From assembly GCF_034521915.1 (NCBI RefSeq), contig NZ_JAXHLU010000009.1, positions 20,896-84,895 of the forward strand: a stretch of DNA of 64,000 nt. Direction: 5' to 3'. Both the position numbers and the translations under genes were made by a program. The notes under the pieces were generated by a model. It made no database searches. It was not told where the DNA came from and was given only the letters and a program-made list of their open reading frames with translations. This DNA is from Fodinibius sp. (GTDB taxonomy: Bacteria; Bacteroidota; Rhodothermia; Balneolales; Balneolaceae). Position 1 is the first letter of the stretch; each line of letters begins with the position of its first letter. Below, one piece after another: positions 18,593 through 28,482 of the stretch.

Positions 18593-21052
18593 ATGTCAAC
18601 TGATACAACTCTTAATCCCCGAACCGGAATGGACGTCGATTCTTTTCGGGAAGATATCAAGCAGCACCTTCATTATACCCTAGCAAAAAATAAATATTCC
18701 TCCACCGACTGGGATCACTATCGCAGTGTAGTATTGGCCGTAATGGATCGGCTGCATGACCGTTGGATCAATACCCAGCAGCGCTATTATCAGAACGAGT
18801 CGAAGCGAGTTTACTACTTGTCGATGGAGTATTTGATTGGCCGGTTGATGGATAACATGTTGATCAATCTGGGAATGCAGGATGTTGCCGCCGAAGCTAT
18901 TGAAGAACTCGGCTTCGATTATGATAAAGTTCGCGAAGCAGAAGTAGATGCCGGGCTTGGAAATGGCGGGCTTGGACGTCTGGCTGCCTGTTTCCTGGAT
19001 TCGATGGCTACGCTTGGCGTGCCGGCACTGGGATACGGCATCCGGTATGACTACGGAATTTTTGATCAGGATATCGAAGATGGTTGGCAGATCGAGAAAC
19101 CCGATATGTGGCTGCAATACGGCTATCCGTGGAGCGTCGTGCGTCCCAAGAAAAAATTCAAGGTGCAGTTTTATGGGGATACCACAGCCAGCGAAGACGG
19201 CAATGGACGCCTGCATTACGAATGGGTGAATACTCATAATGTAACAGCGCTGGCTTATGATACGCCTATTCCCGGCTTCCAGAATGATGTAGTCAACAAT
19301 CTGCGCCTCTGGAAAGCAACTTCTGATGAAGGCTTCGATCTCAAAAGCTTCAATCAGGGGGATTATATCGAGGCGGTGCGCAGTAACCTGCTTGAGGAAA
19401 ATATTTCGCGCGTACTCTATCCCAATGATAAAGTGTTTAAGGGACAAGAATTGCGGCTCAAGCAGGAGTACTTCCTGGTTTCTGCCTCGCTGCAGGACGC
19501 GATGAATCGCTTTAAAAAGCAGTTCGATGACTTCCGAAAAATTCCGGATCAAATGGCCATTCAGTGCAATGATACACATCCCAATTTAGCAGTCCCCGAA
19601 CTAATGCGCATGCTAATGGATTTGGAAGGATTGAAGTGGGAACCGGCCTGGGATATCGTCTCGAAGACCATTAACTATACCAATCACACCCTGATGCCGG
19701 AAGCACTCGAAAAATGGCCGCTTTCGCTGATGTCGAACTTACTGCCGCGCCATGTACAGATAATCCGGGAGATCGACCGGCGATTTCTCAACTCAATTGA
19801 TGTATCCGGCGATGATCGCGACAAAAAGAATCGGATGCGGGTGATCAGCAACGAGATGGACGCCCGCGTACGGATGGGGAATCTGGGCATCATTGGCGCA
19901 AAAAAAGTAAATGGAGTATCAGAGCTGCACAGTGATTTGATGAAAAAAACCATTTTTAAAGATTTTGCCAATCACTTCCCTGAAAAGTTTACTAATGTGA
20001 CGAATGGCATTACGCCCCGTCGCTGGCTCCGACAATGTAATCGCGAGCTGGCCGATTTAATTTCTGAACGAATTGGAGATGAATGGGTTACACATCTTGA
20101 TCAGCTGCAAGAGGTTGAGCAGTTTGCCGAAGATGAGGATTTCCAATCAGCATTCAAGGAAATTAAGCTCCGCAACAAACAAAAGCTGGCTAATTATATT
20201 AAGGATACGATGGGCGTGACGGTTAATCCTGAGTCCATTTTTGACATCCAGATCAAGCGTATCCACGAGTATAAGCGTCAGCTGATGGCATTAATGCATG
20301 CCATTACGCTGTATAACCGCATTAAAGATGATCCTAATGCAGATATCGAGCCGCGCACGCTGCTCTTTGCAGGGAAAGCTGCTCCCGGCTATACGATGGC
20401 GAAATTGCACATCAAGTTAATTAATAGCGTAGCCGAAGTTATTAACAACGACCCGGAAGTAGCCCCCAAATTAAAGGTCTTGTTCTTGCCAGATTATAGT
20501 GTTACACTAGCTGAAAAGATGATACCGGCTGCAAACTTATCCGAGCAGATTTCCACAGCGGGTATGGAGGCATCTGGAACCGGGAATATGAAATTTGCCC
20601 TGAATGGCGCTTTAACCATCGGCACGCTGGACGGAGCGAATATTGAGATCCGTGAGCAGGTGGGCAAAGAAAATATCTTTATCTTTGGGCATACCGTTGA
20701 TGAAATTGAAGAAGTCCGAGCTCAGGGATATAATCCACAGGAAATTTATGAGTCGGATGAGGAACTCAAACAAGTAATCGACCAGATCCACAAAGGATAT
20801 TTCAGTCCCGATAATCCCGATCTGTTTCATCCAATAACGAATGCGTTACTTAATCAGGGTGACTACTTTATGGTGTTGGCTGACTACCGTAAGTACGTAG
20901 AGAAACAGGAAGAGGTCGAAGCTAATTACCGCGATCAGTTTGACTGGAATCGCAAAGCAATTATCAACGTGGCCAATATGGGACACTTTTCATCCGATCG
21001 CTCTATTAAAGATTACTGTGAGCGTATTTGGGATGTAGAAGTCAATCAATAA
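18593..21052 (+). CDS. glgP: Glycogen/starch phosphorylase
   Basis: DAGLGNGGLGRLAACFLDS, LYPND, LRLKQEYF, NDTHP, NGITPRRW, QIKRIHEYKRQL, EASGTGNMKF (PLP lysine). Likely ATG at 18593. Confidence 0.97.
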   Translation: MSTDTTLNPRTGMDVDSFREDIKQHLHYTLAKNKYSSTDWDHYRSVVLAVMDRLHDRWINTQQRYYQNESKRVYYLSMEYLIGRLMDNMLINLGMQDVAAEAIEELGFDYDKVREAEVDAGLGNGGLGRLAACFLDSMATLGVPALGYGIRYDYGIFDQDIEDGWQIEKPDMWLQYGYPWSVVRPKKKFKVQFYGDTTASEDGNGRLHYEWVNTHNVTALAYDTPIPGFQNDVVNNLRLWKATSDEGFDLKSFNQGDYIEAVRSNLLEENISRVLYPNDKVFKGQELRLKQEYFLVSASLQDAMNRFKKQFDDFRKIPDQMAIQCNDTHPNLAVPELMRMLMDLEGLKWEPAWDIVSKTINYTNHTLMPEALEKWPLSLMSNLLPRHVQIIREIDRRFLNSIDVSGDDRDKKNRMRVISNEMDARVRMGNLGIIGAKKVNGVSELHSDLMKKTIFKDFANHFPEKFTNVTNGITPRRWLRQCNRELADLISERIGDEWVTHLDQLQEVEQFAEDEDFQSAFKEIKLRNKQKLANYIKDTMGVTVNPESIFDIQIKRIHEYKRQLMALMHAITLYNRIKDDPNADIEPRTLLFAGKAAPGYTMAKLHIKLINSVAEVINNDPEVAPKLKVLFLPDYSVTLAEKMIPAANLSEQISTAGMEASGTGNMKFALNGALTIGTLDGANIEIREQVGKENIFIFGHTVDEIEEVRAQGYNPQEIYESDEELKQVIDQIHKGYFSPDNPDLFHPITNALLNQGDYFMVLADYRKYVEKQEEVEANYRDQFDWNRKAIINVANMGHFSSDRSIKDYCERIWDVEVNQ

Positions 21053-21077
21053 AAACCATCTTACTCTAACTTTTATT

Positions 21078-21110
21078 AAGTGCCGGGGAATGTAGCCTTG
21101 CTCGGCACTT
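21078..21110 (+). terminator. Hairpin after glgP (terminator or degenerate REP)
   Basis: aagtgccg ... cggcactt stem; no clear T-tract; arm resembles the 11937-11948 repeat arm. Confidence 0.4.
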
Positions 21111-21178
21111 GATGTATTAAGCTTGAAAAGAAACAATTTTTAACTATTTTATTTGTATGCTCAACTAAATTAGGAGTT

Positions 21179-21610
21179 ATGGCTAATAGACTAACAGAAA
21201 ACAACATCTTTTTTCTTACCTCAGCATTTGCTCGAAAGCTGGGTAACCAAGCTGATCAAATATTTGAAACCGTAGGTTTATCCTCTTCTCACGCCCTACT
21301 TCTACATTTAGTTAATAAAAATCCCGAAGTTCAACCAAGCCAATTGGCAAAAATGCTTCATTTAAAACCATCTACAATAACCCGGTTGGTTCAAAAGCTT
21401 GATCGTCGCGGATTAGTTAAAAAACAATCAGCAGGGCGTGCCAAAAAAATTGTATGTACAAGTGATGGACAAAATACTGCTGAGGAAGTACAGAAAAAGT
21501 GGGAGAAGCTAATCCAACTAAAAAGAGAGGAGTTGGGGGAACGCTATGTTGAAGTGTTATCAGAGATGATTTCGAATGCTCTGGATACCATGGAAGAGAA
21601 ATCAGAATAA
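21179..21610 (+). CDS. MarR-family transcriptional regulator
   Basis: LAKMLHLKPSTITRLVQKLDRRGLV winged-helix pattern; 143 aa. Confidence 0.88.
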   Translation: MANRLTENNIFFLTSAFARKLGNQADQIFETVGLSSSHALLLHLVNKNPEVQPSQLAKMLHLKPSTITRLVQKLDRRGLVKKQSAGRAKKIVCTSDGQNTAEEVQKKWEKLIQLKREELGERYVEVLSEMISNALDTMEEKSE

Positions 21611-21699
21611 AAACTAACTAAGTCAGAAATCAAGAATAATATTGCCTCGTTTTTCTATCATAACTCTTCTAAAAGTCTACAGACGAGACAGAAAAAATA

Positions 21700-22269
21700 T
21701 CAAAAAAGATTGGCCTGTTCGCTGTCTTCCTTGGGGGCACGTTCAATCTTGGGATTGGTAATTTCGCCCTGCTCAACCTTAAGCATATCGGATTTGAACT
21801 TTTTCCCGTAAATTTGCTTAGCGATACCTTGAAGTGCCTTTTCTCCACGGGGAGTAATAAGCAGACGATCATGGTCGTCCAGCGATAAGAAGCCAAACTC
21901 CTTTAAATCATTAACAATCATATAGGCAAGCTTACTTACCGCACCGCAATTTTGCTCCACATAATTTCGACGTGGTGCTTCTTCATTCGCAGCATAAACG
22001 AGACCAAGAACATTCATTTCAACCTCGGTAAGTGGAAAGCCCTCCGATCCCCGGCTTAGCATATCATCCCAAGCCTCTTGGCTGTAATAACGGCCAAACC
22101 ACCATTTCCCTTCCTTGATAAGCTTATTGGTTACCGTACAGGCAAAATATTCTCCGGGTTTAGCTTTCTTGGGGATGCCCCGCTCTCGATACATCGAAAC
22201 CAACGTTGCCAAATCCAGTTCATGAAGATTCGGCGGATAGCTGAAATATGTATCAGATTGTTTTTCCAT
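21700..22269 (-). CDS. Hypothetical protein, possible C-terminal winged helix
   Basis: 189-aa ORF with plausible composition; AYMIVNDLKEFGFLSLDDHDRLLITPRGEKAL resembles a wHTH wing. Confidence 0.65.
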   Translation of the reverse strand: MEKQSDTYFSYPPNLHELDLATLVSMYRERGIPKKAKPGEYFACTVTNKLIKEGKWWFGRYYSQEAWDDMLSRGSEGFPLTEVEMNVLGLVYAANEEAPRRNYVEQNCGAVSKLAYMIVNDLKEFGFLSLDDHDRLLITPRGEKALQGIAKQIYGKKFKSDMLKVEQGEITNPKIERAPKEDSEQANLF

Positions 22270-22331
22270 GACGCCTCAAGTTAGAAAACTGGAACCTTAT
22301 TGTCATGTTAAATTTACACGATTTTTAATCG

Positions 22332-22393
22332 CGTATCCTGAACTTGTTTCAGAATCTTCCTTTAACAGATGCTGAAATAAATTCAGCATGACA
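22332..22393. repeat. Inverted REP doublet (xTCxTGAACTTGTTTCAG type)
   Basis: cgtatcctgaacttgtttcagaatct ... agatgctgaaataaattcagcatgaca, downstream of topA. Confidence 0.65.
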
Positions 22394-22440
22394 CATCAGT
22401 CTTACAAGATGATAATCTGTACAAGAAACAATCTTCTCAC

Positions 22441-24990
22441 TTATCCTTTTCCTTTTTCAGTAATAAGCTGCACCGCAATATCCATATTCACATCTTCAGG
22501 ATCAAAATCGTCAGGAAGGCTAATATTGGTTTTACCATACTTGATGTAGGGTCCGTATCGCCCAGTCATTACCCGGACTTTTTTCCCGTTGTCAGGATGA
22601 TCGCCCAGCTCTTTGATTACATTGCTTTTGCCTGATTTCTTATTCTTTTTCTGCTCTAAAAGCTCAAGAGCTCGATCCAGCTCAACATCAAGCACATGAT
22701 CACTTTTGCGAAGTGATGCAAAGGTACCGTCATGCACCACAAAAGGACCATAACGTCCTACCCCGGCACGAACAACCTTGCCGGTTTCGGGATGCTCACC
22801 CAGCGGGCGCGGCAATTCTAACAATCGCAACGCCATATCCACATCTACATTTTCAGGCTTCATGTCTTTGAGAAGCGAAGCGCGCTCCGGTTTCTTATTA
22901 TCTTCAGTACGTTCCCCAACTTGCACATAGGGACCGTATCGCCCATTGAGAACATAAATCGGCTCACCCGTTTCGGGATGATTACCGATAGACTTTGGTC
23001 CCTCTTCTTCTGCTTTAATCAACTCTTCCAACTTTTCTCCCGTAATATCACTCGGCTTCCAGCTTTCCGGAATGGACGTCGTCAATTCTTCTCCGTTCAC
23101 TTGTTTTTTAATGTATGGTCCATACCGTCCCACGAAAATTTGAATATCATCGAGATCCTGTATAGGCAGGTCAAGCTGACGAGCTTCTTTGGGATCAATT
23201 TTATCTTCCTGTTCCTCTACTTTGGCCTTTAATCCTTTTTCACCTTTGTAGTACGTTTGCAGATACTCTTTGGTATCTAACTTTCCTCTGGCAATTTCAT
23301 CCAGCTTCGCTTCCATCTCTGATGTAAAATCACTGTCTACCACATCGTGCAGATTTTCTTCGAGCAATTCCGTAACCGCAAAGGCCGTAAATGTAGGTAC
23401 CAGCGTCTTACCATCGGCCTCACAATATCCCCGATTCTGGATGGTGCTGATAATAGATGCATAGGTACTCGGACGACCGACACCCCGCTTTTCAAGCTCT
23501 TTAACAAGCGTTGCTTCCGTAAATCGCGCCGGCGGTTTAGTCTCGTGGGATATGGGCTCGATCCCTTCTTCGATCACTTCTTCCCCTTCACTCAGTTCGG
23601 GCAAAAATTTCTCCTGATTTTCGAGTGCCGCATCGGGATCGTCACTGCCTTCCACATATGCTCTGAAGAAACCGGGAAATACAATCGTTTTTCCACTGCT
23701 TTTAAACTCGGCAACTTTGCCGTTGGCTTCCGCTTTAATCGTTACATTCGTAAATTCGAGCTCGGCCTGCTCCATCTGGGTAGCAATCGTTCGCTTCCAA
23801 ATCAGATCATACAAACGAAACTGATCACCGCTTAATCCTGCCTCTTCCGGCTTCCTGAAATAACTGCCCGCCGGACGAATGGCTTCATGCGCTTCCTGGG
23901 CATTGGATCCGCCTCCGTAATTCCGTGGTCGGTCAAACAAATACTCTTCGCCGTACTCATCTTTTACCGCATTTCGGGCCGCATTGATTGCTTGTCCAGA
24001 CAGACGAGCAGAATCAGTACGCATGTAGGTAATGTATCCATTTTCATACAGCTTCTGTGCAACGCCCATCGTACGCTTGGCCGAAAAGTTCAGCTTTCGG
24101 TTGGCCTCCTGCTGCAGGGTAGAGGTAATAAAAGCGGCCGAAGGATTTCGCTTCTGGCGATTTTTCTTGACTTCAGTCACTTCCCATTTCGACTTGTCAA
24201 GATCATCACGTAATTCACCGGCCGTCTTATCATCCAGTAAGACAACTTTCTTTGGCTTTTTGAGCTTCCCGGTATTTTCATCAAAATCCTTACCCGAAGC
24301 CAGTCGCTTGCCATCAAGATGAGTAAGATCAGCTTCAAATATATTACTGTCATCCTGTTTGTGAAGCTGTGCTTTTAAATCCCAGTAGCGTGCCGAGCGG
24401 AACTTCATACGTTCTCGCTCACGCTCAACCAAAAATCGGACGGCTACGGACTGCACACGTCCCGCCGAAAGGCCGGGAGCAATTTTCTTCCAGAGTAGTG
24501 GCGAAATAGTATATCCCGCAAGCCGGTCAATAATTCTGCGGGCCTCCTGAGCATTTACCAGATCCATATCGATATCACGGAAATGATTAAGGGATTCTTT
24601 AATCGCCTCCTCAGTAATCTCACGAAACACCATGCGCTTGACCGGTACATCAGGTTTTAGGAGCTGCGTCAAGTGCCACGAAATAGCTTCCCCCTCACGA
24701 TCTTCATCTGTTGCCAGAATAAGCTCATCAGAATTCTTAAGCTCTTTTTTAAGGCGGTTAACGACTTTCTTTTTACCATAGGGAATGACATATAACGGCT
24801 CAAAATCCTTATCGGTATTTACGCCCAGGTTGGCCCATTCTTCGCCCTTGAACTTCTTGGGCACTTCCTTGGCATTTGCTGGAAGATCACGGATATGCCC
24901 CATCGACGAATCTATGGTATAATCTTTGGGCAGATACTTCTTGAGTGTTTTAATTTTTGTGGGTGACTCTACAATTACAAGAGACTTCAT
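22441..24990 (-). CDS. topA: DNA topoisomerase I with C-terminal repeats (no Zn fingers)
   Basis: LVIVESPTK, SSMGHIRDL, LATDEDREGEAI, LSAGRVQS, GYITYMRTDS, QEAHEAIRP, GRPSTYA; repeated GRYGPY units. Confidence 0.97.
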   Translation of the reverse strand: MKSLVIVESPTKIKTLKKYLPKDYTIDSSMGHIRDLPANAKEVPKKFKGEEWANLGVNTDKDFEPLYVIPYGKKKVVNRLKKELKNSDELILATDEDREGEAISWHLTQLLKPDVPVKRMVFREITEEAIKESLNHFRDIDMDLVNAQEARRIIDRLAGYTISPLLWKKIAPGLSAGRVQSVAVRFLVERERERMKFRSARYWDLKAQLHKQDDSNIFEADLTHLDGKRLASGKDFDENTGKLKKPKKVVLLDDKTAGELRDDLDKSKWEVTEVKKNRQKRNPSAAFITSTLQQEANRKLNFSAKRTMGVAQKLYENGYITYMRTDSARLSGQAINAARNAVKDEYGEEYLFDRPRNYGGGSNAQEAHEAIRPAGSYFRKPEEAGLSGDQFRLYDLIWKRTIATQMEQAELEFTNVTIKAEANGKVAEFKSSGKTIVFPGFFRAYVEGSDDPDAALENQEKFLPELSEGEEVIEEGIEPISHETKPPARFTEATLVKELEKRGVGRPSTYASIISTIQNRGYCEADGKTLVPTFTAFAVTELLEENLHDVVDSDFTSEMEAKLDEIARGKLDTKEYLQTYYKGEKGLKAKVEEQEDKIDPKEARQLDLPIQDLDDIQIFVGRYGPYIKKQVNGEELTTSIPESWKPSDITGEKLEELIKAEEEGPKSIGNHPETGEPIYVLNGRYGPYVQVGERTEDNKKPERASLLKDMKPENVDVDMALRLLELPRPLGEHPETGKVVRAGVGRYGPFVVHDGTFASLRKSDHVLDVELDRALELLEQKKNKKSGKSNVIKELGDHPDNGKKVRVMTGRYGPYIKYGKTNISLPDDFDPEDVNMDIAVQLITEKGKG

Positions 24991-25002
24991 ATACCTCGTT
25001 TT

Positions 25003-25476
25003 CTACAAATTCTTGATCACATCCTTTAACTCGGAGGCATGATCTTTAGTATTAATTTTTTCAATAATGGCCTTAACCGTGCCATCGGTATCGATCACAT
25101 AAGCAGAACGTGTTGACGCCTCAAACTTATTGCCAAACATATTTTTCTCCATGATTGAATCAGTTGCTTTGGCAAATTTATAATCACGATCAGAAGCTAG
25201 CACGTAGTTGATACCCAACTTCTCGGCATAGTTTTTATGTGATCCGCAGCTGTCTTTGCTGATCGCTATGAGATTATATCCCTGCTCGTCAAACCAATCG
25301 GCATGCTCGGCCAGACTTTTATTCTGTTTGTCACATCCCGATGTATTATTACGCATATACACCGAAACAATTGTCGGGCGATCCAAAAGATCATCAAACG
25401 ATACAGTTTTTTCTTCACCGTCTTCGACAATATCCAGCGAAAAATCAGTATCTATTTTTGTGCCGGTTTGAATCAT
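25003..25476 (-). CDS. Peroxiredoxin (Bcp/PrxQ-like)
   Basis: YMRNNTSGCDKQ (divergent PxxxTxxC), AISKDSCGSHKNYAEK, RSAYVID. Confidence 0.8.
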   Translation of the reverse strand: MIQTGTKIDTDFSLDIVEDGEEKTVSFDDLLDRPTIVSVYMRNNTSGCDKQNKSLAEHADWFDEQGYNLIAISKDSCGSHKNYAEKLGINYVLASDRDYKFAKATDSIMEKNMFGNKFEASTRSAYVIDTDGTVKAIIEKINTKDHASELKDVIKNL

Positions 25477-25664
25477 ATTTTTAGCTAATCAAGTTTTGGG
25501 AGATAATAAGTTGAACTGTATAACTACAATTGTGCTCGATTTCGTTCTACCTGTCAGCAGTTTGGGATCTTATATAATAAAGTGATCAGCTCCATACTGC
25601 AATAAATCTTTTTGATTGCGGAAGGTATTGCTATTAATTGAAGATTAGATGAAGGCAGACAAAG

Positions 25665-25717
25665 CAAGAAGTGAGAAGCAAAAGAATTCCTTTTTACTTT
25701 TCACTTCTCGCTTCTTG
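25665..25717. repeat. Inverted 7-nt-period arrays at the NUDIX gene 3' end
   Basis: caagaag tgagaag caaaag (25665-25684) vs cttttca cttctcg cttcttg (25697-25717). Confidence 0.55.
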
Positions 25718-26290
25718 CTCGTTCTTCAACAAAAACCGCGCTACAGCCGCTACCATAATGCTATGATGGATGGTCCCATCGGCAACAAAGTCCAAGAATT
25801 TATCTACAGCCAGTCGATGCACATTAATGCGTTCGTGCTCGTCTCCTCTAGGTTTTTCGGATGTTATCATCTCACAGTCTTCAGCCAGGTACAAATGCGT
25901 ATAATTGGTCATAATTGCAGGATTCGAACTCACTTTTCCCAAACTGCTCCAATTTGCTGAACTATATCCGGTTTCTTCGATAAGTTCCCTTTTGATAGAT
26001 TCCAAAGGTTGTTCTCCGGGATCAACCATACCGCCTGGGATTTCCAACGTAGGCTGCTCAATCCCATATCGATACTGTTCAACCAATACAACTTCCTGGT
26101 TTTTTGTTATCGGTATAACATTTACCCAATCCGGAGCCTTTAACACGTAGAAATCACCCTCATTTTTTTCATCTTTTGCTTCCAATTTCATTTTTCTATG
26201 CAAAAGATTGAAAATTGGGGTAGGATATTCCTTATTTTCACGGATAACCGACCACGGTTCAATAGTAAATTGAAATGATTTTTCACTCAT
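25694..26290 (-). CDS. NUDIX hydrolase (ADP-ribose pyrophosphatase-like)
   Basis: LVEQYRY, LEIPGGMVDPGEQPLESIKRELIEETGY Nudix box. Confidence 0.92.
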   Translation of the reverse strand: MSEKSFQFTIEPWSVIRENKEYPTPIFNLLHRKMKLEAKDEKNEGDFYVLKAPDWVNVIPITKNQEVVLVEQYRYGIEQPTLEIPGGMVDPGEQPLESIKRELIEETGYSSANWSSLGKVSSNPAIMTNYTHLYLAEDCEMITSEKPRGDEHERINVHRLAVDKFLDFVADGTIHHSIMVAAVARFLLKNEQEARSEK

Positions 26291-26311
26291 AAGGCGAACA
26301 GGTTAGGATTT

Positions 26312-27499
26312 ATGTCAGATCGATTTGAATTTGAAACAGAAGAAGTAAACTCCCAAAAAGAACTCCACGAGCGCATGGTTGAAGCATGCAATACGATGGA
26401 GAGAATCTATGAAAACGGTGAATATCCTAAAGTACTGGTAAAACGTTCGTGGTCAAAACATAATCCCATTATTACGGGTGAAATGGCTAAACCCGGAGCA
26501 TACCGATGGTACTTGCTGCGCGAGCTTAAAAAGCTAGGCGAAAAGGGAGCGGTTATAAAAATCATACCCTCACGTGAACGCCTGCCGCTTAACGATCCCG
26601 ACCTGCTCGATAACACCGATGAGGACGACTGGGATATTACACAAAAAAAGCTATTCCTGTTTAGTCCCGAACGGATAGAAATTTCCCTTAATCGACTTGA
26701 GCATTATACCGGCACCGATCCGGAAGATTTTCAACGCTATATTCTATTTACCAACTACGACATGCACGTTGATGTTTTTCAAGAGATGTTCCCTGATTGT
26801 GTGACACCTGCCCGGGAAGGTGTTCAAATGCCTGCCTATCATCACAAACAGGAAAACAATAAAGGCGTCACACTCATCAATATTGGCGTGGGACCTTCAA
26901 ATGCTAAAACTATTACCGATCACGTTGCCGTTCTTCGACCCGACGCCATGATTATGGTAGGCCATTGTGGAGGGCTGCGCAACCACCAGGATATCGGCGA
27001 CTTTGTGCTTGCTACCGGTTTCATGCGCAATGATGGGGTGCTGGATAATATCCTGCCGCTCAACATTCCTATTACTCCCAACTACTTGATGAATGTCTTT
27101 CTAAAGGAAGTGCTGGATAAATATAATCGCAACCATCGCATGGGCACTATCTTTACTACGGCCAACCGAAACTGGGAATTCATCAAGCGTCGAACAGTCG
27201 AAAAAATACATATGAGTCGCAGTATTGCTGTTGATATGGAATCGGCCACAGTCGCCACCAACGGCTATCGCTATCGCATCCCCAATGCCACCATGCTCTG
27301 TGTCAGCGATAAGCCCCTACACGGCAAACCCAAGCTTAGCGATGATGCCCAGGAGTTTTACGAAGACTCTAAGCAACTGCACGTTGAAATGGCTGTCGAA
27401 GTACTCAATATGTGTAAAAATACCTATCCCGAGGGATTGCCCAACGCCAGTATCCGCGCCATGAACGAACCGCTGATGGGTGGACCCGACGACGATTAG
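26312..27499 (+). CDS. amn: AMP nucleosidase
   Basis: RLEHYTGT, FQRYILFTNY, QMPAYH, INIGVGPSNAKTITDHVAVLRP, MVGHCGGLR, AVDMESAT, LCVSDKPLHG. Confidence 0.93.
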   Translation: MSDRFEFETEEVNSQKELHERMVEACNTMERIYENGEYPKVLVKRSWSKHNPIITGEMAKPGAYRWYLLRELKKLGEKGAVIKIIPSRERLPLNDPDLLDNTDEDDWDITQKKLFLFSPERIEISLNRLEHYTGTDPEDFQRYILFTNYDMHVDVFQEMFPDCVTPAREGVQMPAYHHKQENNKGVTLINIGVGPSNAKTITDHVAVLRPDAMIMVGHCGGLRNHQDIGDFVLATGFMRNDGVLDNILPLNIPITPNYLMNVFLKEVLDKYNRNHRMGTIFTTANRNWEFIKRRTVEKIHMSRSIAVDMESATVATNGYRYRIPNATMLCVSDKPLHGKPKLSDDAQEFYEDSKQLHVEMAVEVLNMCKNTYPEGLPNASIRAMNEPLMGGPDDD

Positions 27500-27570
27500 T
27501 TCCCAAACGACAGAGGATAAACAGCTAAAGTCGAACCATTAGGTGTGAGGGTGAGACGTAGTTTATGTAA

Positions 27571-27687
27571 GTGATGTGTATTTCGTAATGCGTAATATGT
27601 AACGAGTGATACATAATTAAAAACTGTTGCCTATTACTCATTACGCATCACTCATTATTCGCCACTTATTGCTTCTAGCTCTTCACC
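27571..27687. repeat. Inverted 7-nt-period arrays downstream of amn
   Basis: Seven units gtgatgt gtatttc gtaatgc gtaatat gtaacga gtgatac ataatta (27571-27619), then eight units tattact cattacg catcact cattatt cgccact tattgct tctagct cttcacc (27632-27687). Confidence 0.75.
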
Positions 27688-27842
27688 TCGAATTCCTACC
27701 CACTTTAAACTTTACCAGACCCACACCCTGCTTATATTTACCATTAAACAACAATTATTTATTGTTTATCAATAAAATTTTATTGCAATTCAATAATTAT
27801 TATTTTTACTTATTGGTGAACATCAAGAAATAACCGATACGT

Positions 27843-28478
27843 ATGGCTTGGAAATGGTTTAAAAACGATGGGAGTATTGCTGGTTTTCTTTACTTCTTTG
27901 CTCTGCTTGCATGGGGTATTTACTTCATTTCAATTTTAGGCGGGTCGCTATTATTTGTAGCTGATATTTTTATTGGTGATCTACATTTCCTTGAATTACC
28001 TGCTCGAATTCATATCTATGACTTTACAGAAATCATCGCCAACAGTGACACAGTTAACATTTTTAACAGTTCCATTATGGAAACGAATGCAAGCTTAGAA
28101 GATATCGAGCCTGAAAACAAATGGAGCTATTATCTGGCTTCTGTTATGACGATCGGTCTTGATGGAATTATCCTTTACTGACTTACCCTACTCGGACGCA
28201 TACTACGAAGCTTGCGACGCGAGGAGCCATGGAATAAACAAAACTCAAAATACCTTAAGACTATTGGTTATTTAATGTTGCTTGCCGTTCCTTATAAGTA
28301 CGGTATTGGGTGGCTTTCGTATCTGATGATCGACCAAATCCAACTTCCAGAAAGCATATCGCTACTTTGGCCACCGATTGCGTGGGAGCTAGGACTTGCC
28401 GGGCTGGCAGTTTTACTAGTGGCCTACATTTTTGAGGAAGGTACACGCCTGTACGAAGAACAAAAACTTACGGTGTAG
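27843..28478 (+). pseudogene. DUF2975-like membrane protein with one in-frame TGA at 28179-28181
   Basis: ORFs 27843-28181 and 28212-28478 are in the same frame, separated only by TGA (…GIILY*LTLLGRILRSLRREEPW…); C-terminus AYIFEEGTRLYEEQKLTV matches the DUF2975 tail. Confidence 0.75.
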
Positions 28479-28482
28479 TATT

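Noticed and set aside
27627-27833. 68-aa ORF before the DUF2975 array
   Set aside because: Translates the heptamer array and AT-rich promoter DNA; TTG start, no protein-like features.
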